From Mytilus californianus (Eukaryota), in contig NW_026262581.1 in NCBI RefSeq assembly GCF_021869535.1, positions 12,586,001-12,650,000 of the forward strand: a stretch of DNA of 64,000 bases, given 5' to 3'. Shown here piece after piece: positions 1 to 13,600 of the stretch. The notes beneath the pieces are model-generated. The model saw nothing but the letters and a program-made list of their open reading frames with translations. It was not told the origin of the DNA and did no database searches. Every line of letters begins with the position of its first letter. Position 1 is the first letter of the stretch. The position numbers and the translations under genes were made by a program.

Positions 1-3000
1 AACTCGGCTGTCGCTATATATATGGCAAACTCAGAGGAGAAAATACAAGCTCTTGTTGAAGCATGCTAAGCCGATTGTAAGCAAACTGACAATGTCCAAA
101 GTTAAATCGTCTCATTTTATATACATGTAGATTTAAAAACTTTAGGTGGTCCGATTAAATGTTTGCTTCTTAAAATAAGACGGAAAAAAATGTATCTGCG
201 GATTTAATTATCTTTTAGTTTTTCGATATATTTTCATGAACAAAGTTTTAATGTTGATATATGTCATGAATTTTCGTTTTATGAATGGATATAATCCAAT
301 ATGTGTATCTTTTTAAAACCTTTTCTTCTTTAGTAAAAAGAATGAATGCACATGCTCCTTTGATAGTAATTCTATCACTTGATCCATATTTGTTGGCTTT
401 TGGGTTACAAAACAATGAACTAAATGTACCCATTATTGTAAAACAAAAACATTAAAGATGTCAACATTTTTGTTGATTCATTGTTTTCATACTATGATAA
501 AAGGGTAAAACAATGTACAATTGAAGTATACCACACATGCTTCTCTCCGCTTGTTACAAATTAGTTCAATTTTTTTTCTACTGATATAGAGTGTCAAACG
601 ATTGTAAACATGTGCTATACATGTATTACTTTGAACCGCCTTCTGGTGAGAGGAATACAATTAACCTTAATGTTTTCAGATTTCTGTGAAAATACAGATG
701 GTAAATAAATTTTGCTTCCTGGCGGAATATACATCAATATTACGTTTCTGTAAAAATATAGAATGTAAATAAAAGTTACGTTCTGTAGACTATACAACAT
801 TACATAATTCATTAGTCTCTCAATACATGTATTTACAGTTTTTTAGATGACTTGCATATTGTGTCAAATTATTGACATGCCATTCATCGCATATTCTAAA
901 ACCTAAAATTTTCTTTTCAAACGCATGTAAATTGTATGACAAGTCTTATACTATAAACACTCTTCGTGTAATTGGATTGAATTTAATAGAGTGTTAAATT
1001 ATAAGGATTATAATAATTGAGACCTCAATTTATCATTGGTCGTTGATTTGTCAAAGTTTCATTGTCATTAGTTAAATATCACAATTTTAATCGTCCTAAG
1101 ATAAATACTGTCTTGATATAAAAGATTTATCTGGCAAACGGTCCATACTTTAAATCGTACATATTCATTGTTACAAAAATACAGACCACGGGGACGAAAC
1201 TTGCATTGAAACAGATTCATTATGTGAATAATTCAATGGTGAAATGGCATCCTTTTAAAGGATTATAATTGGAGATGTTCATTCTGTGAGCAATAAATAG
1301 GTACTTTACATTCTTTTTACAATAGATATAAGTATTCTTATATTTTGGCCAGATAGGCCAGAGAGGATTATATTTCCTTATAACGGGTCAAGATATGAAT
1401 TATATATATACGTTAAAACTTTAAGAAGATTAATGTGTTCTACACAGAACTTAACGAATCAGTTTTTTAACGTGACATTGATTACATAGATTAGAAATTT
1501 GGATATGAATAGATCTACATTGTAATAAATGTAAGTATATTTTCATGGATTTTTCATTCACAGAGTTACGTATCTTAAATAGTTTACCTTTTAAATTTAT
1601 ATTATTTGGTTCAAAATCGGTGAAAAGTGAAATAACTAATTTTTGATCATGAACTTGCTTGTTAAACTTCCATAAAGAATTCAAAAAGATCGTTAATACA
1701 GCCAACAGAGCGAGAAATGATACTTTGAGTTTTGAAATATTAACTTTTCACCGTTCATGGTGTTTAATATAAATAATACGTACAAGGATAATCCAACTGT
1801 AGTTGGATAGAAAACTTGGATGGGAAAATGTGTTTCCACGAAGGTAAAACCTTAATTAAAATTATTGAAGCATGCATTTCACATTGTATTGTATTTTTTT
1901 AATTTCCGTTCAATTTTGTATGCACAAGAATTTGTTGACGAGAAAATCTGACATTATACTTATACCTCTATTACCTCAAACGAACTTATAACATTGAAAG
2001 GTCACAGTAAAAATGATTCTGCCATTGTGAAGCTCAGTTCTTCTGTGACGTAAATTTCTTTACTCACCCAACTCACCATCATTTGCCATTGGCTGTCAAA
2101 ATTTAACATCTTTGTATCATGTGGTGTGTTTTATGTTTTTTGTAATAATTTTTGGGTGCATATAGCGTCGATCTTATGAGTCAATACTTTTTCAACTAGT
2201 TTTTATGTTTTTCTTATGTTTTGCTGTAACACCACTGTCCAAGATAAGAGGGAGGGTTGAGCGCGAACTATCATGTTTAACTCTCATTCTGTATGTACCT
2301 GTCCCAAGTCGGGAGCCTGTAAAGTCAGTTGTTGTCATTGGTTGCTGTCTGCCCTTATTTGTTGTTTATATCATTAATCGGACCGTTGGTTTTCTATTTT
2401 GAGTTGTTTTGTCATGCTTGTGCCTTTTAATGACTTACTCTACGTAATGCTATTGAACTTGCTAATTGTTGAAGAAAGTACAGTGAGTATAGTTTCACTT
2501 CCAGTTCCCTTGGTCTCTAGTGGCTAGTTGTCTCATTGGTACTCATACGACATATCCTTTTTTGTATATTCACGTGCAGTTTTATGTTTGCCACAACCTT
2601 TTGTTTTCCAGTCTTTTTAATGCTTTGATTTTTTTTAAATGAAAATAACACTTTACAATTTCGTGCGTCCAATATCGCTTTTTTGGATTTACTTTCATCA
2701 TTAACGCTCAAATCCCAACATTTGAAACGCAGGGATGTTTGAATACATAGAAACGTTAGGAGCAAAATGACTAAAGAAAATTATTTTGGCTTTCTCGACA
2801 GTATAAATAAAGGAAGATGTGAGCTATACGTCAATGAGACAGTAACCTAAAGACACAGATAAACCAAATGACATTAGTCTTCCAAAGTTTTCTATACAGT
2901 AATATTGATATAAAACGACAATTTAAGTATTGCAGTCACAACCCCGACTTTATAGATTGATGTTTCTTCATCTTTATCTTCTTCTTATTCTTAATTATAA

Positions 3001-6000
3001 AAGCTTGCTTTCCGATAAAACCTCAAAGGCCTATGGAACTAAAAACAAATCTAGTAATAGTTAGAAGAATGCACTTTTATTTCGGGTATATCTTAATGTG
3101 TCGCTTAAAGTCGGTTCGCTTGTGACCCCACTTTGAGACCCTATAGTATATGGCATATTCGATACCATTATGTTTCTAGGAAAGAATGGCTTCCTGTTAT
3201 CATTATTAAGGAGCCTTTTTTGGTAGAACTAATATTCCTTATTCATACTGTAAGCATCTTGAGGAAATAACTCTCGATGGTGTCTTCTACATATTTGGAT
3301 ACGATGCAGCATACACAATCTGTAATCACGACGTTTTAGTTGCAGCTAGTCCTATCCGAGATTTTCCCGCATTTTACTGACGCATCTAGTTTGCTCTTCC
3401 TTTGATTAATTCAAGCGAATTGAAGCTGTATTGGATTGATAAGTCTCATACAGTTGAGACTTCCAGTCTATTGCTGTAGACTTTATGTTGAACACCTCTA
3501 TGTCTTTGTTTTTGTGTTTGTTGTTGTCTCATTGACGTATACTTAGTTATATATCTATTTGTCTGGACCTTTATTCGAGATTGTGAATCACAAATCCTAG
3601 ACCTGAGGTCCCTTGGCTAGGTTGTGTTATTTTCCTGATAGTTATTTCGACTCTCGGGTATTTGGTCATGTCGCCGGTTCTGTTTGATGTCCATGTAAAT
3701 GAATGGTGTATGCAATCATTGTTCTTAGCTGGTAAAGGTATATTATTTTTATGGTTTCAACTTTCACAAGTCATATATTCTCCAAACCATTAAATACATT
3801 GTTTTCTGTAAGCAAGTACTATAGGTAAGGCGGATTTTTTTTTCTGTGAAAAAAAACAATTTTCAGAAACGAGAAGATCTGCATAGAAATCAATTACGTC
3901 AGGTATATCTGCCACATATAGCACGAAAGTTATTCGATCTACAGATATTGTTGTTGATTTATATATTTTTACATTTCACGATTTTATTACCATTTCGAGT
4001 CGTTATCGGTCTAAACCATACAAAAATACTATAATCCTTTTATTTGCTCTAATTTTTAAAGATTTGTATCTGTCTTTATGTCCAAACATTGCGCAACAAA
4101 GAATATGTAGATAATTTGACAGATAGTTATAGCTGCCAAAAGCGACTCTTGACAAACATTGAAAAAGAAAGACCTTTTAATTCGTAATCCCCCGCTTTTG
4201 GCAAAACGCGAAATTAGATTAATTTGTACCTTTATATTTTGAATAGTTCAATTACAATTGGCAATCAGACTTTTCATTTGTATCAACTTTTTATATTGTT
4301 ATTCGGTTATATTTGGATCTTTGAAATGTTCGGATGTGAATAAAATATTTAAGCTTTCCAGCGACTTGGACTTTATATGATAGACAACTAGTTTTCCCCG
4401 AAACAAATGTATGACCGAACCGACAAGCAACCTAGTCATATCTATGTCAGGAAAAAATACATAAATTGTATCATCATGATGATATTCCTGAGAATTCATC
4501 GTCATGTTTTCCTTTCGCGTCTCCTAATACCACTTATTACTTCTTGTTTGAGGGGAAAGACTTTGCCAATGTGTTGGTGCGAAAGTTGAACAGAAATAAT
4601 GAGTGTTGAACCTTTTCAAACATGAATGATAATAAAGATATTATTATTGATTTTTTTCCTTAAGACAGTTCAAAGTATCAGAGAAACATCAAAATTAAAC
4701 AATGATCATTGTAGTTATATAAATTACTTCAAAACAAGAAGTTTAATGATATATGAATTTACATGTGTTGTAAACATGCTGGGCATAAAGTTTTGAAAAT
4801 ACTATATCCCCGTCGTTATCTGTTCGCATTTAGTGTCACATGTTAGAAGTACGATTGTGAGTTCTAGATATGATAGACTGTCCATATAAACACTAAGCTG
4901 GATTGGTTTTATGTTTATTATGATTCTCCACATTTCATTTATATCACCAATCACAAAATCTCATGAGCATAGTTTATATTCTAAATTTTGAGAACAGTTG
5001 TTCGCATTTATCACCATAGAAGTTGAGTATCTTCGATGCACATTATAGCACAAAGGTCAATACTTTACTTTGCAACTTCTTAAAGGATATCTCTTCGCTC
5101 TTATCCGTGATTTGTATTACTTACTGACTAGATGGATAAGTTTGAAAAAGTCAAAGTCGCTGTCGTTTGAAATTCTTTCTAACCACTGCAATGGTTCAGT
5201 CCTGTATGTTTTGCGACACTACACTTACATTGTTCCAGACAGTTTTTTAAGTGAAGGCTATACATAATCTGCCGAAGAATAAAAGTTTGTAATTATCAAT
5301 AAAACATTCAATTTGAAACCATCCAAGAAGGGTGGTACACTTGTTTGACCTTATTCGCCACTGGACTTTAAAAAAAACAACAATTAACTACCTAATCAAT
5401 TCCAACTGGAATAGGAATCCATTTAAAGGAAAAACCAGTCAGTGCCCACAAATAAAATTGCTTAAGAACTCTACCACTGTTTTATCGTGATATTTTACCG
5501 AGTTTAAAATATGTAACCGTGCTTTAAAATTAATCTGTAGAATTGTCAACGCATATTCATCAAAATTGCAGCTTCAATGAAATTTTGGACGATGATCTGA
5601 GTAAAATGTCAAAATTATATTCTCTAGTTTAACCAGGAAGTGTTTAAACAGTATTGGTCTCTTATATCCCGATCACGACATTTCAAGATTTTACCAAGAA
5701 ACCACGAAAGGCAATACAATTATAAGTTTGCAATTAGAATTTTGCACTCAAATTTAGAAAATTAAAAAAAATGTACTTCCATTATGATTAAATTGTATTG
5801 AACGAAAGTATGAAATAAATGAATCCTCAATCAATATAACTAAAATTTAGAGTCTGATTTCATTATCCTCATATGAGCACGCGAGTTGTAATAGATCTGA
5901 ATTTTAATCAGATTTAATCCTCAATCTAAATAACTATACCTTTGAGTCCACACGTCCACAATTGGACCAGTCCGTGTATTAATATATACGTACAGCCAGA

Positions 6001-7361
6001 CGTACATAGCTACATGTATTCATACATCCCTTACATTTACCAGGCAAGAACATTTAAATGTTCTTCCATTATAAAAAAAAAATTATGGATCGAACACAGG
6101 ACATAAATAGGTCCACAGTGTACCTTGGAGTCAGCACATCCTCAATTAGACTTTGCTGTGTATTAATACAGGAGAACGTAGATGTGTATTCATACATCTC
6201 GCGCATTGTTAAGCCAGAATATTTTTTAATTATTCTTCAATTATGATCTAATTTTAAGGATCAAAGGTGAGAAATAAATGGGTCCTCAGTCCAAATCACT
6301 ATGTAACTAGGAGTGAAACGTGTTCAATGGAAGTGGCTATGTATTCAAAATACATCCAGACGTACTACGTGTCATGAGTAACACAATAGTTGTCACCATT
6401 GAAGCACCAACTGCTTCCTCTCCCGAGAAACTGAGTTCGACCCAGATATCAAATAGGTTTGGTGGTGCTCAATCTTTAGTTTTCTTTGTATGTTGTGTGA
6501 AATATTGCGTGTCTTTTCATCTTGTATGTTTAAACAAACGGACATTGCCTGTTCGTCGACTTACGTTTCTTGATTGCTTCGTAATCTTTTTATAGTCACG
6601 TGTATTGATATGAAAGTAAATTATTAAACTTTGTACGCACATAAACATGCATTGCAAAACATTTTTTGATCAAATTTTGAAGCCTATCTACAATAGGTAG
6701 GTAGCCTTATTAATAATGTATGTAAATAAATATTATGGGCCATTATAATCTTATCGAAAAATGACAATGAAAATGACATGAGTTATCGTTAGTACTTCGA
6801 TAAGCCTGCTAATTCATTTTTTTAAAAGGTTTTACAGTTCCCTGTACAAGAACTTATATTTACAGTAGATGTTCAATGTATACAAATACTGATTTTTTTT
6901 GGCTGGAAAACAAATTAACTCATTCATTCATATGTTTTCAATTCATGTAAAAGCAGCCCAAGAATAGAATTATTGGCTCCACCCTCCTATTTAATCAACA
7001 CTATTGTTACACATTGGTCGCATATTTGTTGCAGGCGTTTAATTTACTGTTTTGAAAATCGCAAATTTAATTGATTAGGAAAACTATATATTGTAGTTAT
7101 GAATAATTGATAGAAAAATCAGTTATAAATCTTTGATATATTATAATTCTTTAATTTTAATGAATATTTTATAACTTGAGTATCTGCTTTCACTCTGAAA
7201 TTGGCGTCTACGTTATGCAAATTTAACCTATATGACGTACAATTGATTCCACGTGGATGATACTGCTTTAATATCACTGAAATTTTTTGCGGAAGTTTTG
7301 TGTTTAAAGTTTTACTTTCAGATTCAGATATCGGATTGACATTTTGTCATGCATTTTAAAA

Positions 7362-7525
7362 CTTGTTTTTGGTGGGGTTCGTGTTGCTTAGTCTTTAGTC
7401 TTCTATGTTGTGTCATCTGTACTATTATTTGTCTGTTTGTCTTTTTATTTTTGGCCATGGCGTTGTTAGTTTGTTTTCGATCTATGAGTTTGACTGTCCC
7501 TCTGGTATCTTTCGTCCCTCTTTTA
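7362..7525 (+). mobile_element. Short 3' tail of the same Penelope-like family
   Basis: GTTTTTGGTGGGGTTCGTGTTGCTTAGTC...CTTTCGTCCCTCTTTTA matches 23425-23580; further eroded copies near 6395-6530 and 8070-8185. Confidence 0.8.
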
Positions 7526-7754
7526 AAGTTTTCTATACAGCTTATTTTTTCTTATTGACGGCTGCAACTCCCTCGTCCTTTGGGGACTGGTGTACAATTG
7601 TCTCATTGGTAATGTTCTTGTTTATATTGATCTGCCAAGTGGGAACAAAATCTGTTTATACCTGGTCTTTTGGTACTTAACGAATGGATTTTCCATTTTC
7701 ATTTTTATTCAAATCTTTAATTTTATTTTAGCGTAGAGCTTTTCTGATTATAGA

Positions 7755-8000
7755 TATAAGAAGATGTGGTATGAGTGCCAATGAGACAAATTTCCATAAA
7801 AGTCAAAATTCATAAAAGTTAACCATTATAGGTCACAGTAGTCAGTACGGTCTTCAACACGGAGCCTTGGCTCACACCGAACAGTAAGCTATAAAGGGCC
7901 CCAAAAATTACTAGTGTAAAACCATTCAAACGGGAAAACCACCAAAAATTATTAGTGTAAAACCATTCAAACGGGAAAACCAACGGTCTAATCTATATAA
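7755..8000 (+). repeat. Abundant dispersed repeat (ATAAGAAGATGTGGTATGAGTGCCAATGAGACAA family)
   Basis: Same head at about 12190, 27667 and 40655, and reverse-complemented at about 2520-2555; this copy has a 41-bp internal tandem duplication near 7901-7982. Confidence 0.75.
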
Positions 8001-8178
8001 AAAATATACCGGTTTTTTTTTTTTTTTTTTTGGTTGCTTTTTTTGTTGTTGCTTAGTCTTGACAGTTGCACCGACAGGTTCCTGCTATGCATGCATCACC
8101 CGTCCTGCGAACATAATGTGTAAACAAATATCACCATAGTGAATAGGACACAATCGGTACACGCATGCCACTCGTCCC

Positions 8179-8347
8179 CTCTGGTTGTTAAGATTGTCCA
8201 CTCTGGTTGTTAAGATTGTCCACTCTGGTTGTTAAGATTGTCCACTCTGGTTGTTAAGATTGTCCACTCTGGTTGTTAAGGTTGTCCACTCTGGTTGTTA
8301 AGATTGTCCACTCTGGTTGTTAAGATTGTCCACGCTGGTTGTTAAGA
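8179..8347 (+). repeat. 22-bp minisatellite, about 7.7 copies
   Basis: Unit CTCTGGTTGTTAAGATTGTCCA at 8179, 8201, 8223, 8245, 8267, 8289, 8311, partial 8333; begins at the end of an eroded Penelope-tail copy. Confidence 0.95.
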
Positions 8348-10595
8348 CCATGAAAAAAGTCTCTCAAGAGTTGAATTGCATCATGAAATGTTGATAGTCT
8401 GTGATGTCCCGATAAGAACCTCCATGAAAAAGTTCATATGTTGTTAACTATGTTTCTGCTGCTATTATTTTATCAATTTTAAAGCTTTACTGCTTAACAT
8501 GACTGAGTTGGTGCCGTATGGCACAGTTTCTTGAACTTTTCACAGTGGCGTAGCTTGACCCTTATTGCTAGTGAGGCAAACGATTTGAAGTGTGGGTGTC
8601 ATAGTCTCGGTGTTGTTCAAAGTCCGTGGTGCGGTTTTTAGAGTAGATGGCCAAAGAGTGAAACTCAGCTTTTGCAGATGCAAAAAGTCGAATTTTACAC
8701 GAGTTTAATTGATTGATTGTTGTTTGTTTAACGTCCAGTGACAAAATGTTCACGCATATTCAGGACGAAACAAATTGACAATTATCCAATAGATATATTC
8801 GGCAGAGTAGGCAAACAGGATAAAGGGTTTGAATTTTAACTACAACCAGAAAAGAATTCCTTTTTAGACAGGAGCAGAAATATTGCCTTGTAGCAGTTTT
8901 AGTTACCCTAAAAGAGTTGTTGTAGGTTGAACCGTCAAGAGAGTGAAGCGGTAGTTCGATCGTACATGGCTGCGTATTGATACATCCCGTACATCCAAAG
9001 GGACTCCCCTCTGAAGCATGACCAAGTCTAGGAATGTTTACTATCTTCAAGTTTTAAGTGAATGTGTTGTTTTCTCTCTTTTTGATTTCTCTTTTCTTTT
9101 TTGGTTCCGGGGATAGGGGAGCTTTTGATTTTCCACACATTTTCAAAAAGTTATTGTCAAAATACCACATTTGTTGTCCAAAAAAACCGTGATCAAGCAT
9201 CTTGTAGGTTCACAGTTCTGATCTCTTGTTTGAATCAATTTTTTTCAATTTGAATAATTGGTCCGTTACAACAAACGATATATTTTTATATTCATTGGTA
9301 ATTTTTATGGAAACATATTAGAGTTATTCTTTAACTCTGTCTTTAAGTTATTGAAATATGTGTGTAAAGGGAAACGAATTATGCTTTGAAACATCTTCAC
9401 TTTATGCTATGGAATGCACGTATATTCTATTTCATTATCCTTTTTTTTGTTGGTCAAAACTTTTGTGAGGCAGTTGCCTCGTTGCCTCAATGGAAGCTTC
9501 GCCTCTGATTTCATTTAAACTGACGGTGTCCTCTCTTTTAAATGTCCGTTACCAATCTAATTGAAATATAGATCTCTGATTTCGTTATGCTCAATGACAT
9601 ATATGCTTCGGCGGAGCACGCGAGTAACGATAGGTATTAAACGACAGATCAGAATTTTAATCTGACTGGTCCGTTACTGACTTGATGCCTTTTCCTCTTT
9701 TTGCGTATCAGTAGACAATAATAAGTTATAATCACCACATAAGCAATACGCATTCGTGTTTTTTTTGTTGATGGTTTTCCTTTTCCCCCAATCTTTTATT
9801 GCCCTTCTGATTTTCAAATTCCGTGATAGCTCTATGAAAATAATATCATGCATTTATATGGTACAAAATTTAATGTACTATTCTAACGATTTCGTAATCA
9901 TATTAATGTTTTGTTTTGATTCCTCGATTAGAAGAATTATCTTTCCATTCTACTATTTACTGTTTAATTTAGTATTTTAAATTTTATCAATCTACGAAGT
10001 CACGTACCGAGTATTTAGTGCACCCTTTATTTAATTGTTCTCTGGAACGAAGCCAAACTAACTTATGAACATAATCTAATTGATCATATATAAACACTTT
10101 AAGCTAATAAAGGAAAGTGAATGGTTCAAAATAGATTTGTCTTTTATTTTCGGCATAAACAAATAAATGCCGAAGATCGCTTTACTCCGTAATTAAACAA
10201 GTAGTAGCGTGACTCTCTCTTGGGGCCTCTTTAGAAATCGCTTCCACTCTGTATCGCTTTCTAACTAAATGTTTGCGCGTGTCTAGATCTGTTTAGTTAA
10301 ATTAAGAGTTCACCATTACTAGGTTAATATGACTAGTAAATGACAAGATTTGTTTGAAGATAATATATAAAAGTAAGATTTTTCCAACACCTTTTGCAGT
10401 ATATAGTTAGTTGGTTATGTGTGATCCATTTCTAAATTTCTAGTATCTACGCCATCTAGTCCTGTTTTTGTGTCTTTACTGTTTCTTACTTATTTTGCTC
10501 ACAATTAACTGGTGTAGTTGACAACACAAAATTTACATTTAACTTACTATTATACTATTTGATTAAAATGTATGAAGATGCATCGTTCTATTTGA

Positions 10596-10692
10596 TGATT
10601 GTGTCATTTGCAAGTTGATTAAATAAATGATTGTGTCATTTATAAGTTGACTAAATGAATGAATTTGTCATTTGTAAGTGGACTAAATGACT
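10596..10692 (+). repeat. 32-bp tandem repeat, 3 diverged copies
   Basis: TGATTGTGTCATTT.TAAGTTGA.TAAAT.AA unit. Confidence 0.8.
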
Positions 10693-13600
10693 TGCAAACA
10701 ATTTATTCAGTACATCAATACCTCTCAAAAACAATCTTATCAATATTCGTTATATAACCGCAATACTCTCTTTTCTCAATTACTTTTTTTCAGTCACTGG
10801 TATCAGGCCTGTTCATTTTTCACATGATATACACATTTGAATAATTATACTAACAACAAAGTTTAAGTTTACTTTTGGTTAGTTAAATCTCAATTGAAGT
10901 TTATTGAAATTTTATTAAATGCTTGGTACATATCGTAATTATAAGGTCCAAGACGTTTGAGATTATTAATATTATTTACCTAGTTTATTTATCAGTTCCA
11001 AGCCTTTGACATATTACGGATACAGTCATAAAAGCAAGGCACGTTGACAATTGTACATTTAAACTATACAAGCATTGTTTTCTTTCATTCTATAGTTTCA
11101 ATATATATGTACCACGGGACATGTATTTACGGAAGGTCTCTCCTAGTTTCACACGTTCTCTATCTTTGAGGAATGCTTATATAAATGTTGATAGTTTAAA
11201 ATTTCTCAAGCCTAAGCTTCTGTGGATATATGAAAGTTTATTGAGAAAATTTATCAAAATATTACTGCATCATCAATGAGATAGGACGTCAAGTAAAACC
11301 CATTTATGATGTTCAGGATTATATTAGTTCATAAATTTGATAAGAATTTCCAATAGATAACAGGACGAGAGGAAAATAACTTTGAATAGTATTTGATTTT
11401 TAATATTGGATAAAAATGGCACTTCCTCTTATAACGAAGCGACAAACGTAAGTACAAATATAATTACTGTGTCCTTGGAACGAACATTTGTTCACTGTTT
11501 AAATTACTTTTTAAAACATGATTTCTGTCATGAAGATAATTTAGTGTTATTCATGCTTTAAATATATGATGATTTGACAAAATGTCTTTCATTCATGTAA
11601 TTTCAATTATCATTTTTTTCGTTTTGAAAACGTGACAAAATGGGGAGGAGATGCAATTTATTTCCTGAACAGAGACCATCTTCTAGAACTGCTATTGATT
11701 CTTCTAATATTTTTTTTGTATTTTTCGTCTCCTTCACTCAATATAATATGAAAGAAAATGAAATAATGCATTTTGACATTTGTGGGAATAAAACACGTCC
11801 TGTTCTGTTCTAATCTAGTGCTATCTTACTCCAAGTCAGTTTATCTTGCACCTTGGATATCGCAACATTAGCCAATTTTGTTTTTCTTTGCTTTGATTTG
11901 TATAGCAAAGGCCGTTAGAGTGAAACATAGAGTCAGATATTTTCCACATTTCATTGGTGCTGCCTCGCCTTTGGACTTGTGGGCTCGACAGGTACTGATT
12001 TCAAACACTGTATCAGTGTAGACAACCCCAGTGATATATTACTTGTAACATTGTAGTAAAAGACATATTTTTCATATTATTCAGTAAAATTTATTTTGAA
12101 TCTATCTGTATCAGAGTTTTTTCCACGTCTTACGGTTTTTTCTCCCAGTACTTTAAAGTAGGTAAACTTGAATCTTTTAGGCAATATAGAAATAAGGAGA
12201 TGCGGTATGATTTCCAATGAGACAACTATCCAGTAGACAAGTTCATAACTAAGGATGTATGTAACTTTTTTTTATTCAATAATTGTGTACTTTTATTCAT
12301 ATGCTTAATATATCATTTCCATATTTTTCAATCAATACTATATCAATAAATTAAGAACATACATTTAAAGATCAGCCCAGGTCATTACCGACCAAGCATT
12401 TCATGATGATCATACAGATACATTCAACACGTCATAACAAATCACTTATATAATTACATTTTATCAGATGTATCTTTATTTTGTAAATAAAGGTAATTGA
12501 TTTAATTTGAGGATAATATTTCCATATTTAATGTTTTCAGTCATTATAGAATATTTCTTTACAAAATGAATCAAAATAAATCGTAACATTGAATATTATA
12601 TTTCATAAAAAGATAATTTATTAATGTGTGTTTATGTAGGCCCGTGGTTTTTATGAAATTTTAGAACCATTCCTACACATTGTATGTAATTATAATCATC
12701 ATGATCATACTGAATAGGCCTACCATTAACATATTAGAAACATGCCCCCTATTAATTCTTATTCGGAGCCTTACAGAAAAAAAGTAAAATCCGTTTTGTG
12801 CTTTGAACATAATGGTTTGCACCTTTAAGATAATTTTTTGAATTTCATAAAGATATTTTAGTCGCATAAATCCGAAAACTGCAAACCTTTAACGACACAC
12901 AATAACACTTATATTTGGGGAAAATACAGTAACCCTCAATACAGTCAAACATGTTCTTTTAATATTCAGTTTATATATCCAGTATATACTAGTGACGTAG
13001 GGCTGCTCGAGGTTTACCGTTATCTCCAGTTTTTGTTTGAGTTCAAGTTGCTCAATTTTTAGTTTACTAAGTTGTTTTTTGCGTCGGTTGGTTGTCTGTT
13101 TTCTTTTTCTTTTGGCTTGTTGGTGTTTGATTTTAATTCCCCCCCCCCTTTCTACATTCTCTTACCTTTTATATGTTGTACATTCTTCGGTAATACATTG
13201 GGAAGGAGGAATATGGTTGCATAAGGTTGGACATTGTTTTATGCATAGTATATGTTTAGTGTAGATCCTTTTTGTGTGCTTACCGACGTGTCAAAAGTAC
13301 CTAATTGGTTATTTATTGTTTTTCTTCAAAAAGGATGTATATAACCGATTTCTGTGTAAACGCCTCGTGTTTCTGGAAACTTCATCTGATTCAATCGTTG
13401 TCAAAATGTTTAACTTTAGTGTACTAGTATACGCGTATGTACAGTTTCATAATTTCTAAAAAAAATAATCTTCTATTAAAATAAATTATCTAAATCATAT
13501 CTACCAAGCAGACGATGCGTTCGCGGACTGACGGTCTCGTTGGCCTATCCAACACATCCTTTTATCCATATTGTCATCAGAAAATACCAATTAATCTGTC

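Noticed and set aside
1-69. Open frame NSAVAIYMANSEEKIQALVEAC-stop at the window edge, possibly the end of an upstream gene
   Set aside because: Only 22 codons, no recognisable homology, no visible splice context.
248-433. ORF starting MGTFSSLFC (myristoylation/palmitoylation-like)
   Set aside because: Short motif expected by chance; no convincing donor or downstream exon.
615-812. ILMYIPPGSKIYLPSVFSQKSE...RRFKV faintly resembles the ADP-ribosyltransferase C-terminal fold
   Set aside because: No R or STS motifs upstream (frame closed by stops) and no proper ExE; resemblance too weak.
1451-1740. Minus-strand ORF with a hydrophobic stretch (FLALLAVLTIFLNSLW) suggesting a type II membrane protein
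   Set aside because: No start or acceptor before the hydrophobic segment; no identifiable domain.
4299-6206. Minus-strand exon-like pieces at 6206-6124, about 5205-5121 and ORF 4505-4299
   Set aside because: One phase match is a 1-in-3 chance, acceptors lack pyrimidine tracts, and the peptide is unrecognisable.
8179-8347. Regular short repeats that might be taken for a CRISPR array (also 31082-31292 and 54797-55205)
   Set aside because: Head-to-tail units with no unique spacers, no cas genes, eukaryotic context.
5851-9665. Shared motif GAGCACGCGAGT...GATC(A/T)GAATTTTAATC(T/A)GA at about 5875-5910 and 9615-9665
   Set aside because: Most simply two eroded fragments of one dispersed repeat; no evidence of function.
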